A stretch of DNA of 64,000 bases, from positions 1-64,000 of the forward strand of contig JAUVXV010000001.1 of assembly GCA_030603365.1 (NCBI GenBank). The letters run 5' to 3'. Under the pieces are notes generated by a model. It had not been told where the DNA came from, did not search any database, and worked only from the letters and a program-made list of their open reading frames with translations. Numbering within the stretch: position 1 is the first letter of the stretch; each line of letters opens with the position of its first letter. Source of the DNA: Candidatus Heimdallarchaeota archaeon (GTDB lineage Archaea > Asgardarchaeota > Heimdallarchaeia > Heimdallarchaeales > Heimdallarchaeaceae). Both the position numbers and the translations under genes were made by a program. Shown here piece by piece: positions 29,648 through 40,641 of this stretch.

Positions 29648-30577
29648 TTGGTTACTGGAGGATGTGGCTTCATAGGCTCCCACGTAGTGGATTTACTAGT
29701 TACAAAAGGGTTCTATGTTACAGTTCTTGATGATCTATCAGCAAAAACTGATTTAAGATATCTTAAACCACATTTGGAGAAAAGAAAAGCTGATTTTCAT
29801 AAAATTAGTGTACAAAATTACGACGATTTATTATCGCTTAATATGGATTATGACTGTATTTTTCATCTAGCAGCACAACCTGATGTAAAACTAAGCGTTA
29901 GCAATCCTCGATTTGATTTTGAAACTAATGTTGTTGGAACTTTTAATATCTTGGAATATATGCGAGAAAGAGATGTACGCAATTTAATTTTCGCAAGTTC
30001 TGTTGGTACAGTATATGGAGAACCAGATGTTTTTCCTACACCAGAAAGATATCCTTTGAAACCGATAAGTAACTATGGAGCTGCAAAAGCTGCATCTGAA
30101 ATGTACTGTTCTAGCTACACTTCACTTTACGGTTTTAACATAACTTCCTTGAGGTTAGGAAATATTTACGGACCTCGTTCTACTCATGGGGTAATTTATG
30201 ATTTTTATCACAAATTACAGAAAAATTCATCAGAATTGGAGATACTTGGAGATGGTAGTCAAACCAAAAGCTATCTTTACATCGATGATACAGTTAATGC
30301 TTTCAATATAGCATATGAAAATCTGCAGGAAGGGTTTGATGTTTTCAATGTTAGTTCAGAAGAAATTACTACTGTTAAGAAAATTGCAGACGAACTAACA
30401 AATATTCTTGGCTTAAATGATGTTACTTATACATTTACGGGTGGAAAAAGAGGATGGAAGGGAGACGTAGTCTATAGTTCAGTTGCTATATCAAAACTTC
30501 AATCTCTTGGTTGGGATGCTCACACTACCCTAGAAACTGGTATTCGTAAATACGTGGAATGGCTAAACCAATTTTAG
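29648..30577 (+). CDS. NAD-dependent nucleotide-sugar epimerase (GalE-like)
   Basis: TGGCGFIGSH, YGAAK; true start probably a few codons upstream. Confidence 0.93.
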   Translation: MVTGGCGFIGSHVVDLLVTKGFYVTVLDDLSAKTDLRYLKPHLEKRKADFHKISVQNYDDLLSLNMDYDCIFHLAAQPDVKLSVSNPRFDFETNVVGTFNILEYMRERDVRNLIFASSVGTVYGEPDVFPTPERYPLKPISNYGAAKAASEMYCSSYTSLYGFNITSLRLGNIYGPRSTHGVIYDFYHKLQKNSSELEILGDGSQTKSYLYIDDTVNAFNIAYENLQEGFDVFNVSSEEITTVKKIADELTNILGLNDVTYTFTGGKRGWKGDVVYSSVAISKLQSLGWDAHTTLETGIRKYVEWLNQF

Positions 30578-30703
30578 TCGTTTTTCCAATTTTACGAAAT
30601 ATTTAATATTTTTCTTAATTAAATTTGTATTTCAAACCGAAATGATTAAAAAACCGAGAGTAACACAAATTACTGGATATAAGTTTTTAAAGGGGTGTTA
30701 AAA

Positions 30704-30979
30704 GTGAGTGAAGAAACGCTCGAGCAAATAAATGAAGCCGTTCAGCTATTAGAAAGAATAAGTGAGGACACAACTGTTCCAAGAAACATCAGAAGAGCAG
30801 CGACCAACTCACTCGAAATCATAAGAGAACCAGATCCTGAATTAAGTATAGCAGTAAAAGCTAACAATGCAATAGAAATCCTAGATGAAATATCTCAAGA
30901 TCCAAATTGTCCAGCTCATGCACGAACAATGTTATTACAAATAATAACCCTACTTGAGATTACTGATTATGATTACTAA
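30704..30979 (+). CDS. UPF0147 family protein
   Basis: DTTVPRNIRR, LDEISQDPN..HART. Confidence 0.9.
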   Translation: MSEETLEQINEAVQLLERISEDTTVPRNIRRAATNSLEIIREPDPELSIAVKANNAIEILDEISQDPNCPAHARTMLLQIITLLEITDYDY

Positions 30980-31032
30980 GAACTGAAAGACACTCTATCT
31001 CTAATCTTCTTTTTCTTTTATTTGAACTCGTC

Positions 31033-32262
31033 TTAAGAATTATTTTCCAAGATATCCTCTTTTATTTTTGTACCAGGCATCACAGTGCTATTTGAAGCAA
31101 TTCTTCTTCCAGGGAAAATTAAAGAATTAACACCAATATCACAGTCATCACCAATGATTGCACCAAGTTTTATACAACCTGAATTGAGTGTTTGACCATT
31201 GATATTCATGGTAATCTCTCTTTTTGGTGTTTCAGTATTTACTGTTATGACTCCAGAGGATAGATGGGTATTCTTACCTATGACACTATCTCCAACATAA
31301 CAAAGTCCAAAGGTTTTCACTCCATCAAAGAGGACAGAGTTTTTGATTTCACTTGAAAAACCAATGATTGCTCCTTTACCTATAGAGCAATGATCTCTAA
31401 TAAGCACATTATTTCCAATATAAGTCTCAGGTCCTATGTAAATTGGGCCATTAAGAACGGTACCAGAACCAATTTCAGTTCCTTTTTCAATAATAACGAT
31501 GTTTTTTAATTCTACATTGGCACCAATTACAACATCTTTAGCAATTCTAGATTCTTTAACTTTAGAGAGTAAAAGTCTGTTAGCTTCAATAATATTCCAT
31601 GGTTTACCGATATCAAACCATTCTTTTTCCCAGATTGCAGCAATGACTTTATCTCCCTTCTCAATTCTATTGTTAATAGCTTGACCTATCGATGGTTTTG
31701 TTTTTACTTCCTCAAGTATGTCAGGCTTAAGTATAAAACAACCAGCATCAACATAATTACTGCGCGAAGATGAATCAGCTTTCTTGATGCCTGCTTTTTT
31801 AACAAGACCCATAGAATCTATTTCTACAATACCAAAATCGCCTGTATCACCACGAAGAGTAAGAGTCATAGCCATATCTGATTGAGTATTTTCAAAGGCA
31901 TTAAGAGCCCTTAATATCAAACCTTTTTCTGATACAATGTCTCCAAATAATAACATAAACACTGATTCATTCTTTACAAAATCCTCGGAAGCTAATAAGG
32001 CTGCTTCAATACCTTCGTTATCTCCTTGGTCAGCATATTCAATAGAGACTCCAAATTCGCATCCTTTTTTGAAATAATTGATTATTTGCTCTCCTTTATA
32101 ACCAGTAACAATCAAAATATCTGTTAAACCAACTTCTTTTAATTCTTTGATCAAATACTCTAAAATAGGTTTTCCCAATAAAGTTATCATGGGTTTTGGT
32201 CTTGTTTGAGTGAGGGGGAAAAGGTCCAAACCTTTGCCACCTGCAAGAATAACTACTTTCAT
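31033..32262 (-). CDS. glmU: Bifunctional sugar-1-phosphate nucleotidyltransferase/acetyltransferase
   Basis: ILAGGKG..PLT..RPKP plus hexapeptide repeats. Confidence 0.88.
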   Translation of the reverse strand: MKVVILAGGKGLDLFPLTQTRPKPMITLLGKPILEYLIKELKEVGLTDILIVTGYKGEQIINYFKKGCEFGVSIEYADQGDNEGIEAALLASEDFVKNESVFMLLFGDIVSEKGLILRALNAFENTQSDMAMTLTLRGDTGDFGIVEIDSMGLVKKAGIKKADSSSRSNYVDAGCFILKPDILEEVKTKPSIGQAINNRIEKGDKVIAAIWEKEWFDIGKPWNIIEANRLLLSKVKESRIAKDVVIGANVELKNIVIIEKGTEIGSGTVLNGPIYIGPETYIGNNVLIRDHCSIGKGAIIGFSSEIKNSVLFDGVKTFGLCYVGDSVIGKNTHLSSGVITVNTETPKREITMNINGQTLNSGCIKLGAIIGDDCDIGVNSLIFPGRRIASNSTVMPGTKIKEDILENNS

Positions 32263-32316
32263 TTTCTTTTACTCCTTTGTCATTACAACATTATATTCTT
32301 TTCTTCATTTGTGAAA

Positions 32317-34143
32317 CTAAAGTACCGTTAAAGTTTTACTCAAGTTTTTTGGAGTGTCTATAGCACATCCCCTACGCATAGCTGTATAATATGACAGCTG
32401 TTGAAGTGGAATTGCGAATGGTATTGTGCTTAATGTCTCTGAATATCCTTTTGGTATTTCGAACTTCCATTTTCCTAGTTCTTCTATATCTTTGTCCCCT
32501 TCTTCAATTACAACGATTGCTGTAGCTCCTCTTGCTTTCATCTCCATTATGCTTCCAATCATTCTTTTGTTTGTATGATCTTTTGGAGCAACAAAAACAA
32601 CAGGGTAATCTTCCTCAACTAGAGCAATTGGTCCATGTTTTGACTCTCCTGCTGGGTAAGCTTCACTATGAATATATGCTATTTCCTTCATCTTCAAAGC
32701 TCCCTCTTTTGCAGTTTGAAGATTTAATCCTCGTCCTAGAAAGAAACTACTGCTTTTCTTAGCAAACCAAGAAGATATGTGATTTGCTCTTGATTCATTT
32801 CGAACTATTGTTTGTCTGATAACAGTAGGTATATTCCTATAGAGTTCTCTAGCACTATCATACTCACTCTTATCTAGTTCTCCTGAAATTTTTCCTACTT
32901 CAAGACCAATATCCCACATTGAGAGGGTTTGTGCAGTATACGTTTTAGTTGCCGCTACACCTATTTCTGGTCCTGCATAAAGATACAATACTTCATCTGA
33001 ATAGCGTGTGATTGTGCTTCCAATAACATTAACAACCGATAAAACAGTTGCGTCCAACTCTCTTGCATGCTTGATTGCCATAATGGTGTCCATTGTTTCT
33101 CCACTTTGACTTACTGGCAATATTACTGTGTTCTCATCTACTAAACCGCTGATTGCTTCGTATTCAGATGAAATAATTGATGTTGCAGGTTTCTTTGAAT
33201 ACTTTCGAATAAGATTTTCTCCTGTTAAGGTAGAATAATGGGCAGTTCCTGCTGCTAAGAGAAAGACTTTTTCTGCATTGTGGATTTTTTCTGCTATCTT
33301 AATAAGCGATGGTTGATCAATTCTAATGTAATCTGCTAATGAATTGGGTTGTTCATGAATTTCTTTCAACATAAAGTGTGGAAATCCGCCTTTTTGTGCC
33401 ATTTCTGGTTTCCATGAGACTGTATATGGTTTTCTGACTATTTTCTTCATGCTATTGAAATCTATTATCTCATATCCATTACTAGAAATTGTTACAAATT
33501 CGTCATCATGCAACAAAACAACTTTTCTAGTATGTTCAAGAAATGCTGGAATGTCTGAAGCACAAAACATTCTGTCTGAGTTAATCCCTATTACAAGCGG
33601 ACTATCTCGTTTAGCACAATAAATTCTATCTGGTTCTAGGCTGGAAACAACACAAATTGCAAAAGTTCCTTCTAGTCTTCTAACTGTTGTAATAATTGCT
33701 TCCTGTAATGATTGATTTTCTTTTTTCACCAATTGTTCTATCATATGGGGGATGACTTCTGTATCTGTTTCAGACTGAAGAACATGCCCCTGTTTTAACA
33801 GTTCTTCTTTCAATTCCTGGAAATTTTCTATTATTCCATTATGAATTACTGAGATTTCCCCGTTACAGTCTGTGTGTGGATGCGCATTTTCTTTAGTTGG
33901 CGGTCCATGAGTTGCCCATCGTGTATGACCAATTGCAATTTTACCTTGTATGCTATCAATATCAATTTTTTCTGCTACTTCTGATATTTTTCCCTCATCT
34001 TTAGTGATCATAACCTTTCCATCAGAAATCGATGCTATCCCTACACTATCGTATCCTCTGTATTCAAGCTTGGTTAAAGCCTCAATAATTGTTTTCCCAA
34101 TCTTTGTTTCACGCTGCTGAACTATGCCTACAATACCACACAT
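32317..34143 (-). CDS. glmS: Glutamine-fructose-6-phosphate aminotransferase
   Basis: MCGIVG, EYRGYDS, GHTRWATHG, SQSGET, PKNLSK. Confidence 0.97.
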   Translation of the reverse strand: MCGIVGIVQQRETKIGKTIIEALTKLEYRGYDSVGIASISDGKVMITKDEGKISEVAEKIDIDSIQGKIAIGHTRWATHGPPTKENAHPHTDCNGEISVIHNGIIENFQELKEELLKQGHVLQSETDTEVIPHMIEQLVKKENQSLQEAIITTVRRLEGTFAICVVSSLEPDRIYCAKRDSPLVIGINSDRMFCASDIPAFLEHTRKVVLLHDDEFVTISSNGYEIIDFNSMKKIVRKPYTVSWKPEMAQKGGFPHFMLKEIHEQPNSLADYIRIDQPSLIKIAEKIHNAEKVFLLAAGTAHYSTLTGENLIRKYSKKPATSIISSEYEAISGLVDENTVILPVSQSGETMDTIMAIKHARELDATVLSVVNVIGSTITRYSDEVLYLYAGPEIGVAATKTYTAQTLSMWDIGLEVGKISGELDKSEYDSARELYRNIPTVIRQTIVRNESRANHISSWFAKKSSSFFLGRGLNLQTAKEGALKMKEIAYIHSEAYPAGESKHGPIALVEEDYPVVFVAPKDHTNKRMIGSIMEMKARGATAIVVIEEGDKDIEELGKWKFEIPKGYSETLSTIPFAIPLQQLSYYTAMRRGCAIDTPKNLSKTLTVL

Positions 34144-34249
34144 AAGTAACACTCAAAGAAATTAACTGCTTTTTACTCTAAAATAGTAAAAACCTACTTC
34201 TTATTAAAACTTTTTGTTAAGCTTCATTCCAGAAAGAACCAGAGATTGA

Positions 34250-35389
34250 TTAACCAATATCCCTCTCTATCCTATTTTGAAGGTTAATCTTCTTTCTTAG
34301 GACCTCTTTTAAAACATCAATACTTGGGGTTATTGAAGGATCAATTTCGTATAAGATGCCAAGATAAATGCTTGTTAAATCAATGAGATAGGTGGAACTT
34401 ATCTGTTTTGATAATTTTGATTTGCCTTTAGGATAAATTTCCAATACCTTTTCCGTTTTCTTCTCGACTTGTTTTTTGAATTCTTCAACTCTCACCTTTA
34501 TGGAATCAGGTTCACTCTTATCTCTGAAAAGAACAACAGCAATATCATTTAACGCTGTTTTCGGATTATCCCAGGCAACTATTCCATTGTGGTTTTGCTC
34601 GGGTATTTCTTCACTAATAGCAAGTAACTTACTATTTTCATTTAATTCACATTTTGCCCTATATGCAATTGGAGAAAGATATGTATGACCTACAAAAACT
34701 GGTATTGTATTGTAAAGTCCATAAGCAATATTCTTAGGCAAGTTTGATTCTGTCTTCTGGTCAATACTGTATTCTTTAGCTAGTTTCTCCAAGATCTCTG
34801 AGGTTTCTTTAAGGTCTGAATCCATATTATCAATCAAATTAAACTTTTCTAGAATTGTAATCAATGCAGTATAAATCAGCGGTAAACCACTTCTTGGGGG
34901 GATACCTTCCTTTATCTTAATGTGGGGAACTTCAATTTTTTTAGATAGTTTCTCTAATAATCCTCCAGAAGAAACAGAAATTATCATTGCAGATTTTAAC
35001 AAAGCATCTTGAAAACATGATAGTGTTTCTTCAGTATTTCCTGAATAGCTCACACAAATGACCAAAGTTTTTTCAGAAACGAAATAAGGGAGTTTATAGT
35101 TTCTATTAACAATAATTGGAATTGAAAGATCTTCTTTGAGTAAGTGATAAAGATAATCCCCTGATATTGCTGAACCTCCCATACCACAAATAACTATGTT
35201 AATTGGAGTGGAATATACTGTTTCTTTTTCTTTCCAGACAATACTGCTAGGAATGTTTAGTTTCAAACTTTGTTCTCTAGCTTCTTTGAATAATGAAGGC
35301 CATTGAGTCAAAATTTGCAGTTGGTTAGATTTGTCTATCTCTTCTACAACGTTTCTATCATCTAAATTTAACATTTTATTCACTTCCAA
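34250..35389 (-). CDS. Bifunctional phosphoglucose/phosphomannose isomerase
   Basis: GMGGSAISG, SYSGNTEET, NENSK, PEQNHN. Confidence 0.92.
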   Translation of the reverse strand: MEVNKMLNLDDRNVVEEIDKSNQLQILTQWPSLFKEAREQSLKLNIPSSIVWKEKETVYSTPINIVICGMGGSAISGDYLYHLLKEDLSIPIIVNRNYKLPYFVSEKTLVICVSYSGNTEETLSCFQDALLKSAMIISVSSGGLLEKLSKKIEVPHIKIKEGIPPRSGLPLIYTALITILEKFNLIDNMDSDLKETSEILEKLAKEYSIDQKTESNLPKNIAYGLYNTIPVFVGHTYLSPIAYRAKCELNENSKLLAISEEIPEQNHNGIVAWDNPKTALNDIAVVLFRDKSEPDSIKVRVEEFKKQVEKKTEKVLEIYPKGKSKLSKQISSTYLIDLTSIYLGILYEIDPSITPSIDVLKEVLRKKINLQNRIERDIG

Positions 35390-35401
35390 CTAAAAAACTG
35401 T

Positions 35402-36211
35402 TTAGAGTGTAAATTCTTCTCCTTTTTCCCATAGATATTCAAAGTTATTTGAAAAGATTTCAATGATTCCTGAGTTAGAAGAGAAATGGGGTCGATAAAC
35501 ATATTTCTCATGAGGGACAGGAGAAACCCAGATAACAAAAACAACCTGTTCTTGATCGACTAGAGTACCTCGAGCTAGAACATTTCCTTCCGAAAGACTT
35601 GTCACGCTTGCTCCAATCTTCAAAAGATTTTCAGCCACTTTCTTAGACTTATCATCTTCAGTGCTCATTATCACTCTAATATTTACCCCTCTTTCTTTTG
35701 CTTCATTTATTTCTTGTTTAACTTGATCAAACCAGTAGAACACATTTGTAAAAATATTAATTTCCTTCTCTGCTTTTTTGATAATGTCCTTAGTTTTCAA
35801 TTGCATTTCTTCCAATGAAGAATAAGCTTCAAGCAATTCATCTGGTTTGATTATTAACCTTGATTGATAATCTGGATCATTTAAGAGGGCGATAATGTCA
35901 CGAGAAACAACTGCAATCTTCTCTAGTTCATCATGATATTCTTGTTCGACGAATCTGAAGAGATTGTCTAAACCCTTCTTTAGATTAAATGCTTCAAACC
36001 TCATTGGTCTGCCTGATATTGTGCGAGCAAGTCCTTTCTTTGCTAAACTATCAATAGTATCGTAGATTCGGGGTGTAGGTATATCGGTTTGTTTGTGTAT
36101 TTCCTCGGCAGTAGCAGAGGAAAATGCAACTAAAGTAATGAGTGTTTTAACCTCATATTGAGTTAAACCAAGAGCTTTGAGCTTTAAGGTGAGTTCCTCG
36201 GCATCAGACAT
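35402..36211 (-). CDS. TrmB-family transcriptional regulator
   Basis: LGLTQYE, IPTPRIYD..SLAKKG, PLD-like effector domain. Confidence 0.9.
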   Translation of the reverse strand: MSDAEELTLKLKALGLTQYEVKTLITLVAFSSATAEEIHKQTDIPTPRIYDTIDSLAKKGLARTISGRPMRFEAFNLKKGLDNLFRFVEQEYHDELEKIAVVSRDIIALLNDPDYQSRLIIKPDELLEAYSSLEEMQLKTKDIIKKAEKEINIFTNVFYWFDQVKQEINEAKERGVNIRVIMSTEDDKSKKVAENLLKIGASVTSLSEGNVLARGTLVDQEQVVFVIWVSPVPHEKYVYRPHFSSNSGIIEIFSNNFEYLWEKGEEFTL

Positions 36212-36342
36212 AGGTTTTCTCCAATTTCAAATCTATTAAAAGAAGTATATAAATCAGTCGTATGAGATGTAGAGAGTAAAATTCATTAACCAAAAGTTTA
36301 AAATGAAATCTGTGAGCAAAAAAGATGTAAGAAACAAAACAA

Positions 36343-36420
36343 GGGGCAGTGGTCTAGCCTGGTTATGACAACTCCCTTACACGGAGTAGGTCAGCGGTTC
36401 AACTCCGCTCTGCCCCACCA
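36343..36420 (+). tRNA. tRNA-Val(TAC); CCA encoded
   Basis: Acceptor GGGGCAG/CTGCCCC; anticodon arm ACTCC-CTTACAC-GGAGT. Confidence 0.96.
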
Positions 36421-36483
36421 CTTCTCAATTTTATTCATTTTTTGTTAACAATGCTTAAAATAATACTTAATGATTTTTTGAAT

Positions 36484-36894
36484 ATGTGGGACATTATAAT
36501 TGGTATTCTTCTAATACTCCATGGTCTTATTTTTGCAATGTTTCTAGTTTACGTTAAATTGCCTGAAGAGGAGCAATATTTTGGTTGGTCAAGAAAATCC
36601 TGGTTATTGGATAGGGTTCTAGGCGAGAAAGCAATAAAGATAATGGGATTAGTTCTTTGGTCCTTAATCATAGGCGGTTTCATAGTTTCAGGTATTGTAC
36701 TATTCACAGAAACTGAAGCTTGGAGGTTGGTAACTATTATTACTTCATTTGTATCACTTCTCCCATTCATATTCTTCTGGACTGATTTACAACCAAAACC
36801 CAGATATTTTGTTGTTGGTCCAGTTGTTGCAGTAGGCGCAATAATTGCTCTGCTCATATTTAATTGGCCAACAGATGTGATGTTGTTTGGATAA
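36484..36894 (+). CDS. Hypothetical 4-TM membrane protein
   Basis: LHGL motif, SWLL, hydrophobic helices. Confidence 0.7.
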   Translation: MWDIIIGILLILHGLIFAMFLVYVKLPEEEQYFGWSRKSWLLDRVLGEKAIKIMGLVLWSLIIGGFIVSGIVLFTETEAWRLVTIITSFVSLLPFIFFWTDLQPKPRYFVVGPVVAVGAIIALLIFNWPTDVMLFG

Positions 36895-37055
36895 GAAGGT
36901 AGAAGCAAAAATATCAAAACCACAAAGATCGAACATTCAAGGATATGGTATAACCATCTCCAAATTTTTTTGTTCGATGTCAGTCTTTAATTAAATCCAC
37001 GTGATACTAAATGTAGTAAGTTCTTTTCTTTAATTTATGAAGAAGGAGATATAAA

Positions 37056-37601
37056 ATGGCTGAAGAAATTAATTTAGAAACAACTATACTAGGCGGAGGG
37101 TGCTTTTGGTGCATTGAAGCAGTATTTAGTGAACTCCAAGGTGTTCAAAAAGCTGTATCAGGTTATTCTGGAGGAAAAAATGATAATCCTACTTACGAAC
37201 AAATTTGCTCTGGAAAAACAGGACATGCAGAAGTTGTTCAAGTAACTTTTAATCCCAAAATTGTATCTTTCAAGGAAATACTAGAAGTATTCTTCACTAT
37301 ACATGATCCAACCACACTTAATAGACAAGGTAACGATGTTGGAACCCAATATCGATCAGTTATCTACTACCATCTAGATGAACAGAAGGCAATAGCTCAA
37401 AAAACTATAAAGGAATTAGAGAAATCTGCAAAATGGTCTAGTCCTGTAATTACTGAATTAAGCCCTTTTGAGAAATTCTTCGAAGCTGAAGCATATCACC
37501 AGAATTACTTCAAGCTCAACGCCTCTCAACCCTATTGTAGAGTAGTTATAGAACCGAAAGTCAACAAGTTTAAAAAATTGTATTTCAACCAATTGAAATA
37601 A
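37056..37601 (+). CDS. msrA: Peptide methionine sulfoxide reductase A
   Basis: [21 protein letters not shown]. Confidence 0.97.
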   Translation: MAEEINLETTILGGGCFWCIEAVFSELQGVQKAVSGYSGGKNDNPTYEQICSGKTGHAEVVQVTFNPKIVSFKEILEVFFTIHDPTTLNRQGNDVGTQYRSVIYYHLDEQKAIAQKTIKELEKSAKWSSPVITELSPFEKFFEAEAYHQNYFKLNASQPYCRVVIEPKVNKFKKLYFNQLK

Positions 37602-37603
37602 GA

Positions 37604-38719
37604 TTATTTTGTACTTGCGTATTCTTTAACTTCAGAAACATTCTCGAATATCCTTAGTTCCACCTTCTTTTCTCTTAAATAATCTACAAGCATTTTGTCT
37701 ATTTTCAAAACATCTTTTGTAATTTGTTCAAAGTTTTGTTTTGTAATACTAACACTCAAGTCAGGGAAACCAAGTCTGTTGTAAGTATTGTTGACTTCAA
37801 AGTAAGTGTCAAAACCGATTGAATTAACATCTTTGTTAGTTTCAGTTCTTTCTAATTCATCTGCAATGGTTAATTGAATCTCTGTAGCTGCATAACTAGC
37901 AGCCAAAATATCTTTCTTTGTACAAGCGGAAAGAATCTTGTTCAAATATGATTTGAAATCCAAATAACTCTGCGCAAGTTCTTGAATGTGCTTCTTAGGA
38001 TCTATCTCAACTCTATTCTTCTTTTTGAGGATCTCTCTAATTCTACTATTCAATCTCTTTCTAGACAGGATTAATTCATCAAAATCATCTGATGTTGCTA
38101 ATATAGAAATATCTCTCTCATAGTCTTCTGGTAGAATTTCAAATTTGAATGTTTCTTGCAGATTCGATCCCCAATTCTTGAAGAGTATTTTACTATTTGC
38201 AAAAGCCAGCATACATACAGTTCCATTGATGAAATTCCATGCTGCCCATCGAGCAGTTAAGATGTCATTTTCCTTTTTAGCTAATTGTAATTCATGAATG
38301 AGATTATTGAGATGGTAGAAATTATTCCTTGCTAACTGTATCTGCCTATTCTCTGCAATTGTTGTTGTCTTCTTTATTTCTTCAAATCGTAGACTATCTT
38401 CATCAGATCTAGCATAGATTATTCGATTGTTTAATATTAATCCTACACCAACTGGGAACATAATAGGATTTACTTCAGCATTTGCAATTTTTTCTATTCT
38501 AGACCAAGAAATACACCAAAAGTCCACTGTTTTGTTGTCAAAAACGAATTCTACTGAAAATTTCTTCTCATCGTTGTCAATGATTGCAAACATATCAAGA
38601 TCTGAAAATTCATTATAGTCTCCTGAAGCTCTTGAACCATATATGACTATGATTGCAATTTCCGGATGATTCTTTATAGTTTGTTCCTTGAGAATTTCAG
38701 CGATTTCCTCAAAATCCAT
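37604..38719 (-). CDS. Pol-beta-superfamily nucleotidyltransferase (KNTase-like)
   Basis: YGSRASG...SDLD followed by helical domains. Confidence 0.8.
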   Translation of the reverse strand: MDFEEIAEILKEQTIKNHPEIAIIVIYGSRASGDYNEFSDLDMFAIIDNDEKKFSVEFVFDNKTVDFWCISWSRIEKIANAEVNPIMFPVGVGLILNNRIIYARSDEDSLRFEEIKKTTTIAENRQIQLARNNFYHLNNLIHELQLAKKENDILTARWAAWNFINGTVCMLAFANSKILFKNWGSNLQETFKFEILPEDYERDISILATSDDFDELILSRKRLNSRIREILKKKNRVEIDPKKHIQELAQSYLDFKSYLNKILSACTKKDILAASYAATEIQLTIADELERTETNKDVNSIGFDTYFEVNNTYNRLGFPDLSVSITKQNFEQITKDVLKIDKMLVDYLREKKVELRIFENVSEVKEYASTK

Positions 38720-38750
38720 GATAACTAAGGTGGAATTGTGCTTTAAAATT

Positions 38751-39848
38751 CTACCTACAATTCAATTTGATTTCTTCACCTGAAGTTAATTTACCTTTTC
38801 CCATAACATTTGCTGCTAGACAAGCATGAACTGGTAAAATTAAAACAGTATCTCCAACGGTTATTTTGTTGAAATATTCTTCACTAGCTTTTACTATCCC
38901 ATGTTCTTGGTTCAATGAAGAGACATATGAATCAGTAATCATGGTACCCCATTTTCCCTCGTTCATCTTTGTAAGATATCCAAAAATTTGTTTACCCTCC
39001 TCATTTATAATGAAATCCTTAGAAAAATGAATGGCTCCTCCATCAATTACTAACTCTAATCTTTCTTCATTCTTAGCAACAACTGGACAAGCAAATCTGA
39101 TTGCAATTTCATCTTCGGTGCAAGAGCTAATTTGAAGTTGTTTTAAATCATAGAAGACAAAATTACCTGGTCTGATTTCATCTACATCACTGAAATCTTT
39201 AGCAATACTTGCTGTAGGTGTATCTCCCACAGAGATTTTTGCATCTCCTAAGTTGTTCTCAACTAGCTTTGATTTGAGTGACAACATTCTAGAAATTGTT
39301 TCTTTATGAATTTCAAGGATCTGAGTATTAGTTCTAGACTTATAGGAATGGCCTGCATGAGTAAGAATACCCATTAAGTTAAGTTGTGACGAATTACTTA
39401 TTTCTTTAGCAATCTCAAATATCTGTTTTTGTTTATCCCATTTGATACCTGTTCTATGATAACCTGTATCAATTTTAATCCAGAGATCTATACTAGTTTC
39501 AATGTTCTTCTGTAGGAATTGAATACTTTCTTTAGTTTCAACAAGAAGATTAAGCTTTACTTGTTTAGCAAGCTTGTTGATTTCTTCAATCTCTAAAATA
39601 TTAACAGGAAAAGCTATAGTAATATCATCCCATCCTGATTCAGCAAAACATTTAGCCATTCTTACAGACGAAACAGAGATTGCTTTAACCCCCAATTCCT
39701 TAAACCATTTACCAATCTCAGCTGATTGATGAGTTTTGAAATGTGGTCTGAGTAAGACTTTGTTTCTTTCAGCTTTTTCAACCATTTTGCTTATATTTTT
39801 CAGTACTAGTTTTTTATCGATAAGCAATGTTGGGACTGAAATTTTCAT
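38751..39848 (-). CDS. D-threonine aldolase/D-serine dehydratase family PLP enzyme
   Basis: RPHFKTH, HAGHSY, EIRPGNFVF, QEHG, HAC. Confidence 0.88.
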   Translation of the reverse strand: MKISVPTLLIDKKLVLKNISKMVEKAERNKVLLRPHFKTHQSAEIGKWFKELGVKAISVSSVRMAKCFAESGWDDITIAFPVNILEIEEINKLAKQVKLNLLVETKESIQFLQKNIETSIDLWIKIDTGYHRTGIKWDKQKQIFEIAKEISNSSQLNLMGILTHAGHSYKSRTNTQILEIHKETISRMLSLKSKLVENNLGDAKISVGDTPTASIAKDFSDVDEIRPGNFVFYDLKQLQISSCTEDEIAIRFACPVVAKNEERLELVIDGGAIHFSKDFIINEEGKQIFGYLTKMNEGKWGTMITDSYVSSLNQEHGIVKASEEYFNKITVGDTVLILPVHACLAANVMGKGKLTSGEEIKLNCR

Positions 39849-39861
39849 TGTACCACCAAAA

Positions 39862-40641
39862 CTACTCTAGTAATTCCTTTACTCTTGAATAAACCTGAGC
39901 ACCAATTTTAGCTCTACCCAAGAGATATCCTATTTCAGGAATTATTCCCTCTGCTCTAGTTCCTCTTTTGCAAACCAAACGATATTCCAGAAGCCCTATT
40001 CTTTCTACTTCTTCTATGTCTTCAGTATGGTTAGATGTAATAAGTGCATTTTTTATTGCTCTTCTTGTGATTCCACAAATAATCAAGGCATCCTTCTTTT
40101 CTTTTGACGGTTTTGTTAACCAATTCAGAGATTTTTCAGTTAGTTTCACCCAGACTTTAGAACCTATTACATGTCTCTTAGTAACTTCAAAGAATAAAGG
40201 TAGATTTTCTGTAAACCCATAAGCTCTCATTATATTAACTAGTGAAATCTTTTTCCCATCAGCTAGTTGTTCTCTTAGTTCAAAAAGCGGATATAGTGCA
40301 TCGATTTCTTCTGTTGTGCTTAAAATCCCCCCATCAATAAAGAAACCAAACTTTACTCCACCAACATCTTTACATCTTCCATAAATTTCATCGCCTAACT
40401 TGATATCACTAATGCTACGTTTTGCCCCATAATTCTTGATTAGAAGATTTTTAGCAACTTGCTCATCTTCACCGTCTAGAGTTATTTCAGCATATTTCTT
40501 CTTGTTAAAAGTGATTTCTTTGATTTCTACTTCTAGATTTTTCAATTCTTCAGTTAGTATAAATGTTAAAGCCTTGATCGAGCTGTGTCTAGCTACATTG
40601 TATGTTTTTTCTAAAATAACTACTTTTAACATGTTTTTCAC
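39862..40641 (-). CDS. DUF2110 family protein
   Basis: GEDEQVA, VGGVKFGFFID, ERIGLLE; overlaps trm56. Confidence 0.8.
   Translation of the reverse strand: MKNMLKVVILEKTYNVARHSSIKALTFILTEELKNLEVEIKEITFNKKKYAEITLDGEDEQVAKNLLIKNYGAKRSISDIKLGDEIYGRCKDVGGVKFGFFIDGGILSTTEEIDALYPLFELREQLADGKKISLVNIMRAYGFTENLPLFFEVTKRHVIGSKVWVKLTEKSLNWLTKPSKEKKDALIICGITRRAIKNALITSNHTEDIEEVERIGLLEYRLVCKRGTRAEGIIPEIGYLLGRAKIGAQVYSRVKELLE

Noticed and set aside
36343-39848. Integrated element at tRNA-Val (or at tRNA-Leu or tRNA-Asp)
   Set aside because: Accessory-looking genes, but no integrase, transposase or duplicated tRNA 3' end was seen.
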